The notes under the pieces: model-generated
What the model saw: the letters and a program-made list of their open reading frames with translations, nothing else
Told to the model about the DNA's origin: nothing
The model's database searches: none
In this document: one piece after another, positions 31,794 to 32,000 of the stretch
Position numbering within the stretch: position 1 is the stretch's first letter
Layout of the letters: every line of letters starts with the position of its first letter
NCBI GenBank assembly: GCA_050748045.1
Contig: JBOGIW010000125.1
Coordinates: forward strand, 1,453 to 33,452
Direction of reading: 5' to 3'
From: Vicinamibacterales bacterium
Lineage (GTDB): Bacteria > Acidobacteriota > Vicinamibacteria > Vicinamibacterales > UBA2999
Length of the DNA stretch: 32,000 nucleotides
Made by a program: the position numbers and the translations under genes

Positions 31794-32000
31794 ATGCATC
31801 TCACCGACGACGACCTCGTCCTGCATTACTACGGCGAGATGAGCGAGGCGGCCGAGGCGCGCGCGTGCGCGCACCTGGGCGAGTGCCACACCTGCCGCGA
31901 GACCCTCGCACGACTGCAGCGCGTGATGGCGGCGATCGACTCGGCGCCAGTGCCCGAGCCCGACGACTGGTACGAGCGCCGCACGTGGGCGCGGCTCGAG
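31794..32000 (+). CDS. Putative zinc-finger anti-sigma factor (partial, runs off the window)
   Basis: MHLTDDDLVLHYYGEMSEAAEARACAHLGECHTCRETLARLQRVM: HxxxCxxC zf-HC2-like motif (AHLGECHTC). Confidence 0.82.
   Translation, partial: MHLTDDDLVLHYYGEMSEAAEARACAHLGECHTCRETLARLQRVMAAIDSAPVPEPDDWYERRTWARLE

Noticed and set aside
1-32000. CRISPR arrays, rRNA genes, prophage or conjugation modules
   Set aside because: No spaced direct repeats of CRISPR size, no rRNA-like sequence, and no integrase, capsid or transfer genes were seen.

Overview
High-GC bacterial chromosomal window. The gene style (Oar-like TonB receptor, sulfatase-TPR, ECF sigma with zinc-finger anti-sigma) suggests Acidobacteriota, but this is inference. 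From left to right: a sulfatase-like/TPR protein, a FAD-Rieske oxidoreductase, htpG, recA, and a large beta-helix secreted protein with Fn3, PKD and duplicated CBM-like domains. Next come remnants of a UPF0175/DUF3368-type toxin-antitoxin pair, a second beta-helix protein overlapping a methyltransferase, and a divergent, tightly packed seven-gene operon (about 13.94-24.41 kb). The rest is a GNAT, an ACT protein, a MazF-type TA pair with a perfect 18-bp palindrome, a nitrilase-family hydrolase, tRNA-Phe, an Oar-like TonB receptor, and an ECF sigma/anti-sigma pair. The main candidate for an undescribed system is the operon. It encodes a fusion of a class III PLP aminotransferase with a cyanobacterial-AAR-like acyl-ACP reductase, three B12-domain-type radical SAM proteins, a FemAB/BioF2-like GNAT, a YghO-like GNAT and an alpha/beta hydrolase. 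I infer a pathway acyl thioester -> fatty aldehyde -> long-chain amine -> radical-SAM-modified and N-acylated lipid. All family assignments come from reading motifs; no database search was run.
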